The notes under the pieces were generated by a model. It saw only the letters and a list, made by a program, of their open reading frames with translations, ran no database searches and was not told the origin of the DNA. Of a stretch of 64,000 nt of DNA, positions 27,518 through 37,537 are shown piece after piece. A program made the position numbers and the translations under genes. How positions within the stretch are numbered: the first letter of the stretch is position 1; each line of letters opens with the position of its first letter. Source of the DNA: a virus. The DNA lies in the IMG/VR virus record IMGVR_UViG_3300022752_000030, positions 32,001-96,000 of that record; one strand, 5' to 3'.

Positions 27518-28057
27518 TTACTCCATGAATTTTTCAACACCCTTTGGTATCTTTAATAATTTCTTTTCTTCTTTTTTTGCATTTCTGCTCACTTCATAAG
27601 TCTCAATAAATTCTGCAATATTATCATACATTTCAAATTGTTTTGACGTACCATCTTCAAAGTCCATCATTTCAAATTCGTCTAAAACACCAACCTGTTC
27701 AGTAGCTTTGTATTTAATGTACAGTTGTTTCTTCTCTTTTTGAATTCTTCTAAGAAAAGCAAAGTAAATAATTTGAGTAAAATAAGCAAAAGGATTCTTT
27801 GATATTGTAGGATTAAAGTTATCAAAATACATCAAACAATTTTCAATACCATCAGAAATCATTTCATCTCTGTACGTATAATTAATAAAGTTTGGTTTAT
27901 GTGATAAACCTTCAGCTATTTTCATCCAACACTCACCAATATAATCCGGAATCTTCGGTGGAGGTAAATTTGATTTTTCAGCTTCAGAACAAGCGGCCTT
28001 GTACTCAACCAAAGCTTTTAAAAAATCTTCATTATTAATGTAATTTCGTTTATTCAT
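27518..28057 (-). CDS. gp55: late transcription sigma factor
   Basis: KPNFINYTY..EMI.DG.ENC, NPFAYFTQI, RRIQKEKKQ. Confidence 0.95.
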   Translation of the reverse strand: MNKRNYINNEDFLKALVEYKAACSEAEKSNLPPPKIPDYIGECWMKIAEGLSHKPNFINYTYRDEMISDGIENCLMYFDNFNPTISKNPFAYFTQIIYFAFLRRIQKEKKQLYIKYKATEQVGVLDEFEMMDFEDGTSKQFEMYDNIAEFIETYEVSRNAKKEEKKLLKIPKGVEKFME

Positions 28058-28079
28058 TCAAATATACCATAAAAAGTTG

Positions 28080-28108
28080 TTGACAAACGGCTTGACATAT
28101 CGTATAGT
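28080..28108 (+). promoter_or_regulatory. putative antisense sigma70 promoter
   Basis: TTGACA-17 bp-TATAGT on the + strand; a second TTGACA at 28092. Confidence 0.5.
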
Positions 28109-28142
28109 TCGGTATGTAGCCCTGATGATATAAATCCATATA

Positions 28143-28505
28143 TTAATGAACTGTTATTCCTTTATAAGTTTCCAGTTCTTCTACTGCTTTTAATATTTCC
28201 ATCATTTCTTCATTTTCTTTAGAAGCTTTTTGTTCTAAGAACTCATTCATTTTTTCTACTGTATTCAAATAATATTCTTCAAACGATTCATTAGGATCGT
28301 ACATACAAAGTACATCTTCCATTTTAACAACAACATGATTTGTTTTCATTAACGATAATGGAAGCCATTGATTCATAATCAGATTGCCGTTTCTCACTTC
28401 AAATACCATTGGATTTTTTATTTCCAACATGTTTTCGTATAAAAAATAAAAACAAATAACATCAAGCCCATCTTTAAATCTTACTATCTTAATGTTGTTT
28501 TCCAT
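28143..28505 (-). CDS. conserved hypothetical protein (Sm-like)
   Basis: Between uvsW and gp55; KIVRFKDG.D.I and WLP. Confidence 0.65.
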   Translation of the reverse strand: MENNIKIVRFKDGLDVICFYFLYENMLEIKNPMVFEVRNGNLIMNQWLPLSLMKTNHVVVKMEDVLCMYDPNESFEEYYLNTVEKMNEFLEQKASKENEEMMEILKAVEELETYKGITVH

Positions 28506-29982
28506 CTTTTAGTCCTATGTTATAAACTTTAAACGGGAACCTCTCCTCATTATATATCTTTACTCTTTCCACGAAATGTTGAAGTGTAAAATTCATATGT
28601 TTTTTATATCTCATATCATCAGCTATATCGTAAAGAGTTGCTTTATCTTTATTATTAGATTGTCGCAAACCTCTACCAATCGATTGCAAATTTCGCACCC
28701 TTGATTTTGACGGTGACGCAAATATAATGTTATGCAAATTCCTAATGTTGATTCCAGTAGAAAAAGTACCAAAACTAGCCACAACAATAGCTCCATTTTC
28801 ATTTTCCATTATTTTTCGTATTGATTCTCTATCTTCTGTATCTACACCGCCATGCACAAAAAAAACTTTACGACCATTTGCTTTTTCTGTAATCATATTA
28901 TATAATATTTTGCCATGTTTTTCAACCATTTGATATAATACAAGTGTATTTTTTTCTAAACTTATTGTTAAATTTCTTATAAATCTATTTCTATTTTCAT
29001 TAGATATTAAGTATTCGATTTCTTCTTGATAAGTCTTATCTTTCATATTTTCACAAGAATCGTCTGGATGTTTTAAAACTAGACATTTGATATCAAAAGA
29101 AACAAGTTGTTTTTTATCAATTAATTCTTTGGTCGTAATTACTTTTTCAACCGAACCGAACAATCCTTCTAAAACCAATTTGTGAGTTTTTGTTCCGTCA
29201 AGTGTTCCGGTTAATCCAATTCTATATTTTGTTTTATTCGCCGATGTCATTATTGTGGTCAATGACTGAGCCTTGAATAAGTGAGCTTCATCACCAATGA
29301 CGTATTCGAACTGTTCGAAATATTCTTTTGGTAGTTGGTACAGAGATTGCCAAGTTGAAATGATTAATTTTTTATCTGAATTTTTATCTCGCCCTTGATA
29401 AACTCTATGTACATTAGATTCAACGTCAAAATTATTTTCAGAAGAATAATCAACAAAGTCCGAATAAAGTTGTTCAACTAAAGACGTTGTTGGTACAATA
29501 ATTAAACCTTTTAGATTTTGAAATTCTAATAATTGTCTAAAAAGTAAGTATATTATGAGAGATTTACCTGACGCAGTTGGAGAAAGCATTAATGCTCGGC
29601 GTCTTTGTATTGCGTGTATGAACGCATTTTTTTGATGTTCTCTGACTTGTATCGGTTTACCTTGAGAATGTAGTTTTAAAGTATCTACAAATTTATTAAA
29701 ATGGTATACCGAATATTCATCTTGCAATTCTTCGTATTCGTATGTATAATTGCGTTCTGTGCAAAATTCACGGATATAATCGATGAGTCCTACGTAAATT
29801 TGATTGTTTTGTAAATTAAAAAGTCTTATGCGACCGTCCCATATTTTATTTCTATAGGCTGGGACAAATTGATATCCAGGGACAAAAAAAGTAAAATATT
29901 CTGATAATTCTTTTGCTATATGTTTTTCACAATTTATTTTAGCATAAACCTCATCAATTTTACTTATAATTAAATTATTCAT
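28489..29982 (-). CDS. uvsW: RNA-DNA/DNA helicase UvsW
   Basis: SPTASGKS, DEAH, TGT, QSIGRGLR. Confidence 0.96.
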   Translation of the reverse strand: MNNLIISKIDEVYAKINCEKHIAKELSEYFTFFVPGYQFVPAYRNKIWDGRIRLFNLQNNQIYVGLIDYIREFCTERNYTYEYEELQDEYSVYHFNKFVDTLKLHSQGKPIQVREHQKNAFIHAIQRRRALMLSPTASGKSLIIYLLFRQLLEFQNLKGLIIVPTTSLVEQLYSDFVDYSSENNFDVESNVHRVYQGRDKNSDKKLIISTWQSLYQLPKEYFEQFEYVIGDEAHLFKAQSLTTIMTSANKTKYRIGLTGTLDGTKTHKLVLEGLFGSVEKVITTKELIDKKQLVSFDIKCLVLKHPDDSCENMKDKTYQEEIEYLISNENRNRFIRNLTISLEKNTLVLYQMVEKHGKILYNMITEKANGRKVFFVHGGVDTEDRESIRKIMENENGAIVVASFGTFSTGINIRNLHNIIFASPSKSRVRNLQSIGRGLRQSNNKDKATLYDIADDMRYKKHMNFTLQHFVERVKIYNEERFPFKVYNIGLKDGKQH

Positions 29983-30134
29983 TTAAACTTTTCTTTATCA
30001 ATTCACTTATTTTCTTTTTATAATCAGGATTTTGCCAGTTTTTTTTTATTTTTTCTGATCTTTTTTTTGATCCTTGTTTTTGTTTTTCGGTCCTTTCAAC
30101 ACCTTTAAGTAAAGATTTAGGACTAATTGCTAAG
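29975..30134 (-). pseudogene. homing endonuclease DNA-binding-tail remnant
   Basis: Start-less frame ...KKRSEKIKKNWQNPDYKKKISELIKKSLNE*, NUMOD3-like. Confidence 0.55.
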
Positions 30135-30569
30135 TTACATACCTCCTATAAATTTTTCATAATCAATAAATGACCTGAGTTGCCATGTTCTTTGTTTCAA
30201 TTCAGACATAATAGATTCAATTACAGAAATTACTTCTTCGTGATATATTTTTTTCTCAAGTAATTTGATTAAATCTTTATCTGCTTCTAAGTATGTATTG
30301 ATATCGGATTTCAAAGCAAATTGAAATTGTTCCCATCCGTATTCATCAAGTTCTTCTTGGGACATTTTACCTGTGTAATATTCCCATTTAATTTTTCTGA
30401 TGCGTAGATAATCAAAATGTGCTTTCTTTGAAGCAATTTTGTGTTTCGTGAGTATACCCAAATATTTACTGTGATAAGTGGGTATTTTTAAAAGTTCTTT
30501 GCTTGGTTCGGTTTGATCGATAACCGAATCAGATTCCCACATTTTTAAAATTTGTTCAAGTGTTTCCAT
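30135..30569 (-). CDS. uvsY: recombination mediator UvsY
   Basis: W..DS.ID, HSKYL, EYYTGK, YLEADKD. Confidence 0.92.
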   Translation of the reverse strand: METLEQILKMWESDSVIDQTEPSKELLKIPTYHSKYLGILTKHKIASKKAHFDYLRIRKIKWEYYTGKMSQEELDEYGWEQFQFALKSDINTYLEADKDLIKLLEKKIYHEEVISVIESIMSELKQRTWQLRSFIDYEKFIGGM

Positions 30570-30596
30570 AATAATTAAAAATTAAATCAAAATAAC

Positions 30597-30625
30597 ATAA
30601 TAACACAAATCAGTTATAATGTCAA
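30597..30625 (-). promoter_or_regulatory. sigma70-type promoter
   Basis: TTGACA-17 bp-TATTAT upstream of uvsY. Confidence 0.7.
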
Positions 30626-30640
30626 TATAAAATATTAAAT

Positions 30641-31153
30641 TTATACCGTAATTACTTTATAATAGTCATATCGAAATGTTGCTCTTGCGGTGATAATAGT
30701 GTCTGCTGATAAAGTGGTATCAAAATTAATATCTGTAATGGTTGTGGGAAATGCATTTATAAATTGTATTCTAGCTACAGGGTTGTTTAATGCAGATAGA
30801 ATTGTCAGGTTTGCGTCCGACAGATTTTTATTAGTTTTATCTAATGACGTGTCGTAACGTTTCTCAAAACCCTCTGGTGATGCTATGGACGTGAACCAAT
30901 CGTGTAGATTTTTCCATCCAACTAATGCTTCATCGATAATGAAAGAAACTTCTAATGCATTGTATGTTAATTTTGTGCCGGGTGAATATGTGTCAATAAA
31001 AGGAGTTGATCTTGTAATTTCTTGCAATGAAAAGCCTGGTAAATTCACAGATTGACAAAAATATTGTACTGCACCTATTCTATTAAATGTTAATAGAAAT
31101 TTTGTTGGTTGTAAAATATTTGTATTTTGAGGATTTCTATTTAGAACAGACAT
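30641..31153 (-). CDS. gp3: tail tube terminator / tail completion protein
   Basis: QYFCQSVNLPG, IIDE, AFPT, ATFRY; follows gp23; CTAAATA at 31173-31179. Confidence 0.85.
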   Translation of the reverse strand: MSVLNRNPQNTNILQPTKFLLTFNRIGAVQYFCQSVNLPGFSLQEITRSTPFIDTYSPGTKLTYNALEVSFIIDEALVGWKNLHDWFTSIASPEGFEKRYDTSLDKTNKNLSDANLTILSALNNPVARIQFINAFPTTITDINFDTTLSADTIITARATFRYDYYKVITV

Positions 31154-31183
31154 TTAATTCTCCTTTGTTTACTATTTAGGAGA

Positions 31184-31213
31184 CAAAAAAAGAGGACACC
31201 TAAGTGTCCTCTC
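31184..31213 (-). terminator. intrinsic terminator after gp23
   Basis: AGAGGACAC-TTAG-GTGTCCTCT followed by a T-run. Confidence 0.85.
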
Positions 31214-31254
31214 TTAAATGTCACTCTTAACGGTGACTTAATCAATCAAATTGA

Positions 31255-32601
31255 TTACATCAAGTTACGTACACCGAAAATACGGTAGTAAACGTTGCTA
31301 CGTGCGTTCAATGCACCGTTGCCAGTTGTAAGACCTGTAGCGAATGGGTTTGCAACCATGCCGTAACGAGTCTTGAATCCAATTTTTGGTTGGAATGTGA
31401 ACTGGTCAACTGCACGAACCATTTGCAATGGAACGTATGGGCAGTAGAACAAACCAGCATCATATGGTGATGTACCCTTGTAGCCTACAGTTACCAATTC
31501 TTGGTTGGATGTGTAACCACCAAAATATGGATCGATGTAAACTTTGATACGACCGTGCAACATACCAGCAAATGTATTGCCTGTATCGTCAATTTGCAAA
31601 TCAGATTGCAAAGCAGGTGTATAAGAAAGAACACCAGCCATAGCCATAGCGGAAGCAACGTCTGAAGAAACGATCAAAACGTTACCTTTACCTCTACGTG
31701 TTTGTTTTGCAATAACGTTAGCATCACGTTCGATTTGGAAAATCAAACCTTTGAAACGTTCTACAGACCAACGACCGTTAGAGTCGGTGTCTAAATCGAA
31801 AGTACCTTGTGTAGTTGTACCATACATAGCACCTTTAACAGCACATGTGTAAATTGTACGAATAACTTCACGGTTAATTTCAGCCAAAATTTCTGTAGAA
31901 AGAATGTTTGACAACTCTGTTTCAGCGTCAAGACCGTGAACTGCTTTCAAGTCTTGTGCAAGTTCAAGAGAGTACTCTGCTTTCAAAGCACGTGATTGTG
32001 CAGTAACAGTAACTTTCTCGATGGAGAAAGCCATTTGATTGAACAAACCAGTTGATGTGTCAGCACCAAGACCTTCAGCAACGCTTGTTTGCATGCCGAT
32101 ACCAGTTGTAAATGAGTTAGCAGTAAAATCAGCAACAGGATTTGTAGAAATGTCTGTTGTGTTGTTACCAGCAAAACCGTACAAGTTTGTAGAAGAACCA
32201 GCACCAGAGAAGATTGTGTTAGCTTCGTTGAAGAAAGCTTCGTTTGTGTTACTAGGTGCACCAGATTGTGCGCTGTAACGAGCACGCATTGCAAAAATCA
32301 AACCTGTTGGGCCTGTCATTGGCTGAACGCCAGCAACATCATAAGCAATCAAGTTTGGCAATGAACGGCGAACCAAGCTAATTAAGATTGGGTCATAGTT
32401 CTGAACGCCACCAGCTACGTTAGTTGGTGTAGCAGAGTATGTAGTTTCGTTCAACTGTTGAGCAGCTTCACGCATTTCTCTTTGTTGGTTTTCCAAAACA
32501 AGAGCTGTAACAGCCTTTTTGTATGGATCCTTAATAGCTTCAAGTTCTGGATGCTCCAAAACTGGTTGCCATTTTTTTTGTAGTTCTTCGGTTAGATACA
32601 T
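31255..32601 (-). CDS. gp23: major capsid protein
   Basis: GVQPMTGPTGLIFAMR, ELAQDLKAVHGLDAE, FQPKIGFKTRYG. Confidence 0.99.
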   Translation of the reverse strand: MYLTEELQKKWQPVLEHPELEAIKDPYKKAVTALVLENQQREMREAAQQLNETTYSATPTNVAGGVQNYDPILISLVRRSLPNLIAYDVAGVQPMTGPTGLIFAMRARYSAQSGAPSNTNEAFFNEANTIFSGAGSSTNLYGFAGNNTTDISTNPVADFTANSFTTGIGMQTSVAEGLGADTSTGLFNQMAFSIEKVTVTAQSRALKAEYSLELAQDLKAVHGLDAETELSNILSTEILAEINREVIRTIYTCAVKGAMYGTTTQGTFDLDTDSNGRWSVERFKGLIFQIERDANVIAKQTRRGKGNVLIVSSDVASAMAMAGVLSYTPALQSDLQIDDTGNTFAGMLHGRIKVYIDPYFGGYTSNQELVTVGYKGTSPYDAGLFYCPYVPLQMVRAVDQFTFQPKIGFKTRYGMVANPFATGLTTGNGALNARSNVYYRIFGVRNLM

Positions 32602-32641
32602 TTAAAATTCTCCTTGTGAGTATCTATTAATGGTAATTTAT

Positions 32642-33883
32642 TTATTTTACCAAAGTTTTAGAAATAGTTTTTGCGTATTGTTCAATCATTGGATCAGAAG
32701 AACCATTTACTGATTTCTTTTCTTCCTCAATTTGAACTTCCTCGTTCAAAGCAGAACTATCGCCGGCTTTAACTGGAATCGTGAAATATGATTCTTTCAA
32801 TGTTTCCAATTTAGCAGCAAATTCTTCCTCAGTTGAAAACTCAATACTCTCTGCGAGTGATTTCATTTTTTCTACTTGAGTCTGCGTTAGGCCTTCACAA
32901 GCTGTGTGTATAGCCTCTAATTTTTTTTGTTCGTTTAATTCTTTTTTCAATTGAACTGAAGATTTGATTTGTTCATTTAGTGAAGATTCGAGTTCTTCTA
33001 CTTTTGATGTCAATTCTTCAACAATATCAACTTTTTCTTCTGGAATGTCAATATAATGTTCAATGAATAGATCACGCATACCACGAATAAAGTCTTCTAC
33101 GATTTCAGCGCGTAAACCTTTTGTGATTGCAATTTCATTTTCTCTATACCATTCTTCAGCCATATAATTGATATAGTCGTCTAATTTTTCTGCCAAATCA
33201 TTTTTGACTTCTTCAACGGCCAATTCAAATTGTTCTGTCAATTCTTGTTCTGCTTCGGCGATAACTTCTTCGGCACGTGCAATAACAGCAGATTCAAAAA
33301 TTGTAGTAGCCTTAGTTACGAATTCTTCTGAAAGATTTTCACCAGAAAGAAGAGCATCGATATCTTCTTTCATTTTTTCTTTCATTTTCTTATGCATTTT
33401 TTCTTTGCGTTCGTGTGCAGCAGACTCTTTATCTTCCATGCTTTCCATTTCTTCAATTACTTCACCGTCTTCTTCGGTTTCTTCGTAATGTTGGAAAGTA
33501 GCGCCTTTGTTCATGGACATAGTTTGAGTAGCAAGTTTTCCTGGTTTGCGATCACGCATGGAGTCCATGTCTGTTGCATCAGCTTGTATTGTAGATGCCA
33601 AATCTTTACGACCCATTGTTTCTTGTGGACCGGATAATTTGCCACCTGGTTGTGAACCTACTGGAGGTGTAGCACCTGGAGCTTTTGCTCTCGGAACACC
33701 TTTTGTGTAATCTGGATTTTCATCGTCCATTTTAACTGGATCATGACCAATAACTCCTGCATCTTTTGTACCGTAAGCTACAGATGTTGGCAATTTAGAA
33801 GGTTTGTCTTGGCCACCTTGTTTTGCAGATACGTTACCTTGCAAAATTTCTTTAGCGGCTTCTGTCAGATTAAATTTTCCCAT
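32642..33883 (-). CDS. gp22: prohead core scaffold protein
   Basis: Acidic coiled coil; TIFE.AV; LF.EHYIDIPEEK; synteny. Confidence 0.92.
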   Translation of the reverse strand: MGKFNLTEAAKEILQGNVSAKQGGQDKPSKLPTSVAYGTKDAGVIGHDPVKMDDENPDYTKGVPRAKAPGATPPVGSQPGGKLSGPQETMGRKDLASTIQADATDMDSMRDRKPGKLATQTMSMNKGATFQHYEETEEDGEVIEEMESMEDKESAAHERKEKMHKKMKEKMKEDIDALLSGENLSEEFVTKATTIFESAVIARAEEVIAEAEQELTEQFELAVEEVKNDLAEKLDDYINYMAEEWYRENEIAITKGLRAEIVEDFIRGMRDLFIEHYIDIPEEKVDIVEELTSKVEELESSLNEQIKSSVQLKKELNEQKKLEAIHTACEGLTQTQVEKMKSLAESIEFSTEEEFAAKLETLKESYFTIPVKAGDSSALNEEVQIEEEKKSVNGSSDPMIEQYAKTISKTLVK

Positions 33884-33911
33884 TTTGAGAATCTCCTTGA
33901 TTTATATTGGA

Positions 33912-33919
33912 TATTTATA
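33912..33919 (-). promoter_or_regulatory. T4 late promoter TATAAATA
   Basis: Exact consensus upstream of gp22. Confidence 0.75.
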
Positions 33920-33920
33920 A

Positions 33921-34565
33921 TTAAAGTTTTTTGACGAAGTTTTCGAAAATGCGTAGACTTACTTCTTCAATTTCTCTACGAGAAGCTTGACGAATTTCTT
34001 GCTTTGCCTGCTCGTAATGAACTTCAGTCCATACACCATTAACTATCATCCACTCTTTGCCCTCCATAATACCTTGCACAAATGCGTTAGGTGCAGAAGG
34101 GTCTGCTACAATATCTGCCGCTGTGGCCAGATGAAAATCATCTTGAACTATGTTTATGCCATTGACATTCTTGAGAGAACCTAAACCTCTAGAAGAAACA
34201 CCAACTTGTGCGCCTCCTTCGATAAGATTTCTAACAATGTTTCCCATTGGCGTTTCAAGAATTTTTGCTTTGCCTATCCAATCATTTCCATTTTGATGGA
34301 GACTCATTGTCAAATGTGAAACTCTATCTAAATTGATTGTTGGTGTGTCGGGATGTCCTAATTCACCAAAGGCACGATTTTTATTAATGTAATTTTCTGT
34401 ATATCTTTCAACTTCTTTGGTCATTGTTTCTCTTAGATACTTACGACCATTTCTATTAACCACTTCGCATTGCAAAAATGGTCCTTCTATAAAAAGAGTT
34501 TTTTTGCCGTCTTTTTCCTCGGCAATATAACTTAAAGTTTCTGTTACTTCTTTTATTAATTTCAT
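33921..34565 (-). CDS. gp21: prohead protease
   Basis: NRNGR.Y, GELGHP, GVSSRG, DIVADPSAP. Confidence 0.97.
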   Translation of the reverse strand: MKLIKEVTETLSYIAEEKDGKKTLFIEGPFLQCEVVNRNGRKYLRETMTKEVERYTENYINKNRAFGELGHPDTPTINLDRVSHLTMSLHQNGNDWIGKAKILETPMGNIVRNLIEGGAQVGVSSRGLGSLKNVNGINIVQDDFHLATAADIVADPSAPNAFVQGIMEGKEWMIVNGVWTEVHYEQAKQEIRQASRREIEEVSLRIFENFVKKL

Positions 34566-34576
34566 TTTTTGCCTTA

Positions 34577-35098
34577 TTACGGTGTAATGCCGTATGGTGG
34601 GTAGTTGAATGCTGCAGGATCAGCAAATTGACCAGCGCTGTAATAAGTATTATTTTTATGCAATTCAATGATCAATGTGTATGCAGAATTTGCTGTTGTA
34701 CCGACTGTTTTAATTGTAACATTTCCTGTTGGATTTACTGCGTTGTTTGTAATGACAGGTAGTTGATATTGAGGATTTGTGTCTGATGAACCAACACCAA
34801 ATGCAAAAGCGGTTTTACTATTTTGTGCAGTATTACCTTCCCATTTGATTTGTAAGTGGCCAACTTCAGCATCAACACTATAAACAATTCTAGAAATTGT
34901 GATTGCATTTGCACCAAAACCTGACGGTAAAGTATTTCCTGTTTGCCAAATATTTCCGTTGGCGTCTAAACAACCAGCCAAATATCTTGGATCAATAATA
35001 ACAGTTTCAGATTCATCAGAATCATTTAAACCAATTCTTTTGATTACTGTTCTTTTAGTCGTATCAATCAAAGTTTGTGTACTATTTGCAATTGCCAT
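34577..35098 (-). CDS. hypothetical protein in head module (probably structural)
   Basis: Beta-rich 173 aa ORF between gp20 and gp21. Confidence 0.6.
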   Translation of the reverse strand: MAIANSTQTLIDTTKRTVIKRIGLNDSDESETVIIDPRYLAGCLDANGNIWQTGNTLPSGFGANAITISRIVYSVDAEVGHLQIKWEGNTAQNSKTAFAFGVGSSDTNPQYQLPVITNNAVNPTGNVTIKTVGTTANSAYTLIIELHKNNTYYSAGQFADPAAFNYPPYGITP

Positions 35099-35110
35099 TT
35101 TTAAATCCTA

Positions 35111-35644
35111 TCATTTAAGATGTTTGTGAGCAAAGTCTACTACTTTACTGAAATGTTCTTTACTTTTGTGTGCCATATCTGAAATTTTTTTCTTGTTTTC
35201 ATCATTTAGTTGATTGTGCATTTTTAAAACAATATTTGCAGTCTGCACATCAACCTTCATAGTTTTTCCGTCTTTAAATTTAATAGACTTTGCACTATGA
35301 TTATCTACAATATTTTTCAAATGAGGAATAACACTTTCATCCATTGTTGACATTGGATACCAAGTATTTACACCATAAGGTACTGTTACATATTTATCTA
35401 ATTTATCCACATAATATAAAGCAACTTTTTGACCATTTGGATATTGGCGAATAGCTTTTCTACGCATAATTAAAATTGCTGGTAAATCGTGTGGTGTTGA
35501 AAACACACTTTCCTCCAGGTCACTAATATCCAAAGAGTCTTTTAACTCTAAAGGTACTTCAACCTCATTTTTTTGTACTTCTGATTGAGGTTGAAGATTT
35601 TCTTTTTTTATTACATCACTAATGTAATCTTTAAGTGTTTTCAA
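35111..35644 (-). CDS. hypothetical protein in head module
   Basis: 177 aa ORF; KFKDGK.MKVD..TA motif. Confidence 0.6.
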   Translation of the reverse strand: MKTLKDYISDVIKKENLQPQSEVQKNEVEVPLELKDSLDISDLEESVFSTPHDLPAILIMRRKAIRQYPNGQKVALYYVDKLDKYVTVPYGVNTWYPMSTMDESVIPHLKNIVDNHSAKSIKFKDGKTMKVDVQTANIVLKMHNQLNDENKKKISDMAHKSKEHFSKVVDFAHKHLK

Positions 35645-35807
35645 CTTCTGTTTCCTGCGGTTGAGTAATTAAACTTCTTGCAACTTCAACTTTATGATTT
35701 TCAATATGAGCCATCACTCTATCGTGAATAGCTGAATAAAGAGCGTCACGAACTCCTTTAGCGTCATCGTTATGTGCATAATCTATAATTGCTCTTGCTT
35801 GTTCCAT
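35631..35807 (-). CDS. gp67-like prohead core protein (58 aa)
   Basis: MEQARAIIDYA...KVEVARSL; GGAG RBS; directly after gp20; TATAAATA at 35829-35836. Confidence 0.65.
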   Translation of the reverse strand: MEQARAIIDYAHNDDAKGVRDALYSAIHDRVMAHIENHKVEVARSLITQPQETEVENT

Positions 35808-35831
35808 AATTTTTTCTCCAAATTAAACTAT

Positions 35832-37469
35832 TTATAGAATTCTTTTAATCTTACTAAAAGTTCCAATTTCTTCATCTTGTTGTTCTTGGTCTTGTGTATT
35901 TTGACCAAGTTCTTGTTGCACTTGTCCCATCATTTGTTGTTGTGCAACAGAAGTGGTTACACTTGTGGGTAAACCTAAACCAATTTCTTTTTCTTCATCA
36001 ATTTCTATTTGCATTTCTTTAATTTGATCATCAGTCAAACGCAATACATTTCTTTGAATCCATGCTTGTGAAAAGTATCGACCAGTGTATGGATCAACAG
36101 AACTCAACAATGACAAACGTTCTTTCATTAACTCAGCTTCTTTAAGTTCTGAGAAATTATTATCTTTAATAAAGTCGAAATAAACGTTTTCTTTAAATAC
36201 TTCCCATTCATCTTCGGTACAAATACCTTTGAGTACACATTGCACACGCAAAGCTTGGTCAAAAACATCCGAAAATTTGTTTCTTAATCTATCAACAAAT
36301 TTTGAAAATTTTAATTCGTCACGGGTAACTTCAGCTACACGACCAATCGAAAAACCTTGATTTGGTTCTAAACGAGAAATAGGAACGTTTAATGATTTAT
36401 ACAGTTTTCTTTCAAAATATTTAACGTCTTCCAATTCACCTAGATTTTGTCCGCCAGGAAGTGTAGTGATTTCAGTTCCTTTACCGCCTTCTCTACGTGG
36501 TAACCAAAAATCTTCCATCATTGATAAGAATTTACGATCATCACGAACTTCACCTGTATTTGCATCATACACAAGTTTATTTTTATACTTGACCATAATA
36601 TCACGCAGATATTGTTCGGCTTTTAATTTAGGTAAGTTACCTACATCAATGTAAAAAATACGTCTTTCTGGAGCACGTGAGATTCTGTAAATTACAGTAG
36701 CATCTTCAATCATACGCAATTGATTGAGTGGTTTAATTGCTTTATGTAAATATGATAAAACAACTGCTCTACGTGAATCCATCAATCCTGAGACAACAGA
36801 TATAATCGAGTCTGTGGTGATACGAACACCTACAGGGCCGTAATTGGATGAACTTCCTGTGACAACCTTATCATTGTAAATGTAGTATTCATTAACCACA
36901 TTCATAATATCAACGCCAGTACGTTCATCTTTTTTCTTTTTAATCTCACGAACTTTTCTTATTTTACGTGGATCAATATATCTTAATTCTTTAATGCCTT
37001 GTTGTGGATTATCTCTGTCAATAATAATGTGGTAATATAATCGACCATCAACGTAGTATCTACGAAAAATGTCTTGTGCCATGTTATTATAATTCATCAA
37101 ACGAAGCACGGTTTGAAATTCTTCTTTGATGGCTTTTTTGATTTTATCTGATTGTTTTAATTGATCTAAAACAATTTGAATGATTTTACCGTCATCGTCT
37201 TGGCAGATTGCTTCATTAACTATATCGTCTATCGCAGATTCAATTTCTGGCTGCATAGCCATTTCTCGATACCTTGATATTAGTTCAACTTCGTTTTTTG
37301 CTGTACCGTCAAGATCAACATATGTGCCATAATAAGCGGCAGACGTAATAGTTAATGCGCCATCGTCTTGTGTTGGTGGCGTAAAAGATTGTTGAACAGA
37401 TTGATCCTGTTCGTTCTTTTCACGGGATATTTGAAATCCAAAAAGTGAAAATTTATTTAAAGATGCCAT
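35832..37469 (-). CDS. gp20: portal protein
   Basis: RAPERRIFYIDVGNLPK, EDFWLPRREGGKGTEI. Confidence 0.98.
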   Translation of the reverse strand: MASLNKFSLFGFQISREKNEQDQSVQQSFTPPTQDDGALTITSAAYYGTYVDLDGTAKNEVELISRYREMAMQPEIESAIDDIVNEAICQDDDGKIIQIVLDQLKQSDKIKKAIKEEFQTVLRLMNYNNMAQDIFRRYYVDGRLYYHIIIDRDNPQQGIKELRYIDPRKIRKVREIKKKKDERTGVDIMNVVNEYYIYNDKVVTGSSSNYGPVGVRITTDSIISVVSGLMDSRRAVVLSYLHKAIKPLNQLRMIEDATVIYRISRAPERRIFYIDVGNLPKLKAEQYLRDIMVKYKNKLVYDANTGEVRDDRKFLSMMEDFWLPRREGGKGTEITTLPGGQNLGELEDVKYFERKLYKSLNVPISRLEPNQGFSIGRVAEVTRDELKFSKFVDRLRNKFSDVFDQALRVQCVLKGICTEDEWEVFKENVYFDFIKDNNFSELKEAELMKERLSLLSSVDPYTGRYFSQAWIQRNVLRLTDDQIKEMQIEIDEEKEIGLGLPTSVTTSVAQQQMMGQVQQELGQNTQDQEQQDEEIGTFSKIKRIL

Positions 37470-37506
37470 ATTTTTTATACAATTCCAAAATCAAAAAGAA
37501 ACATAA

Positions 37507-37529
37507 AGGAGGGTTAAAAATAACCCTCC
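37507..37529 (-). terminator. intrinsic terminator after gp19
   Basis: GGAGGGTTA...TAACCCTCC hairpin. Confidence 0.7.
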
Positions 37530-37537
37530 ATAAAAAA

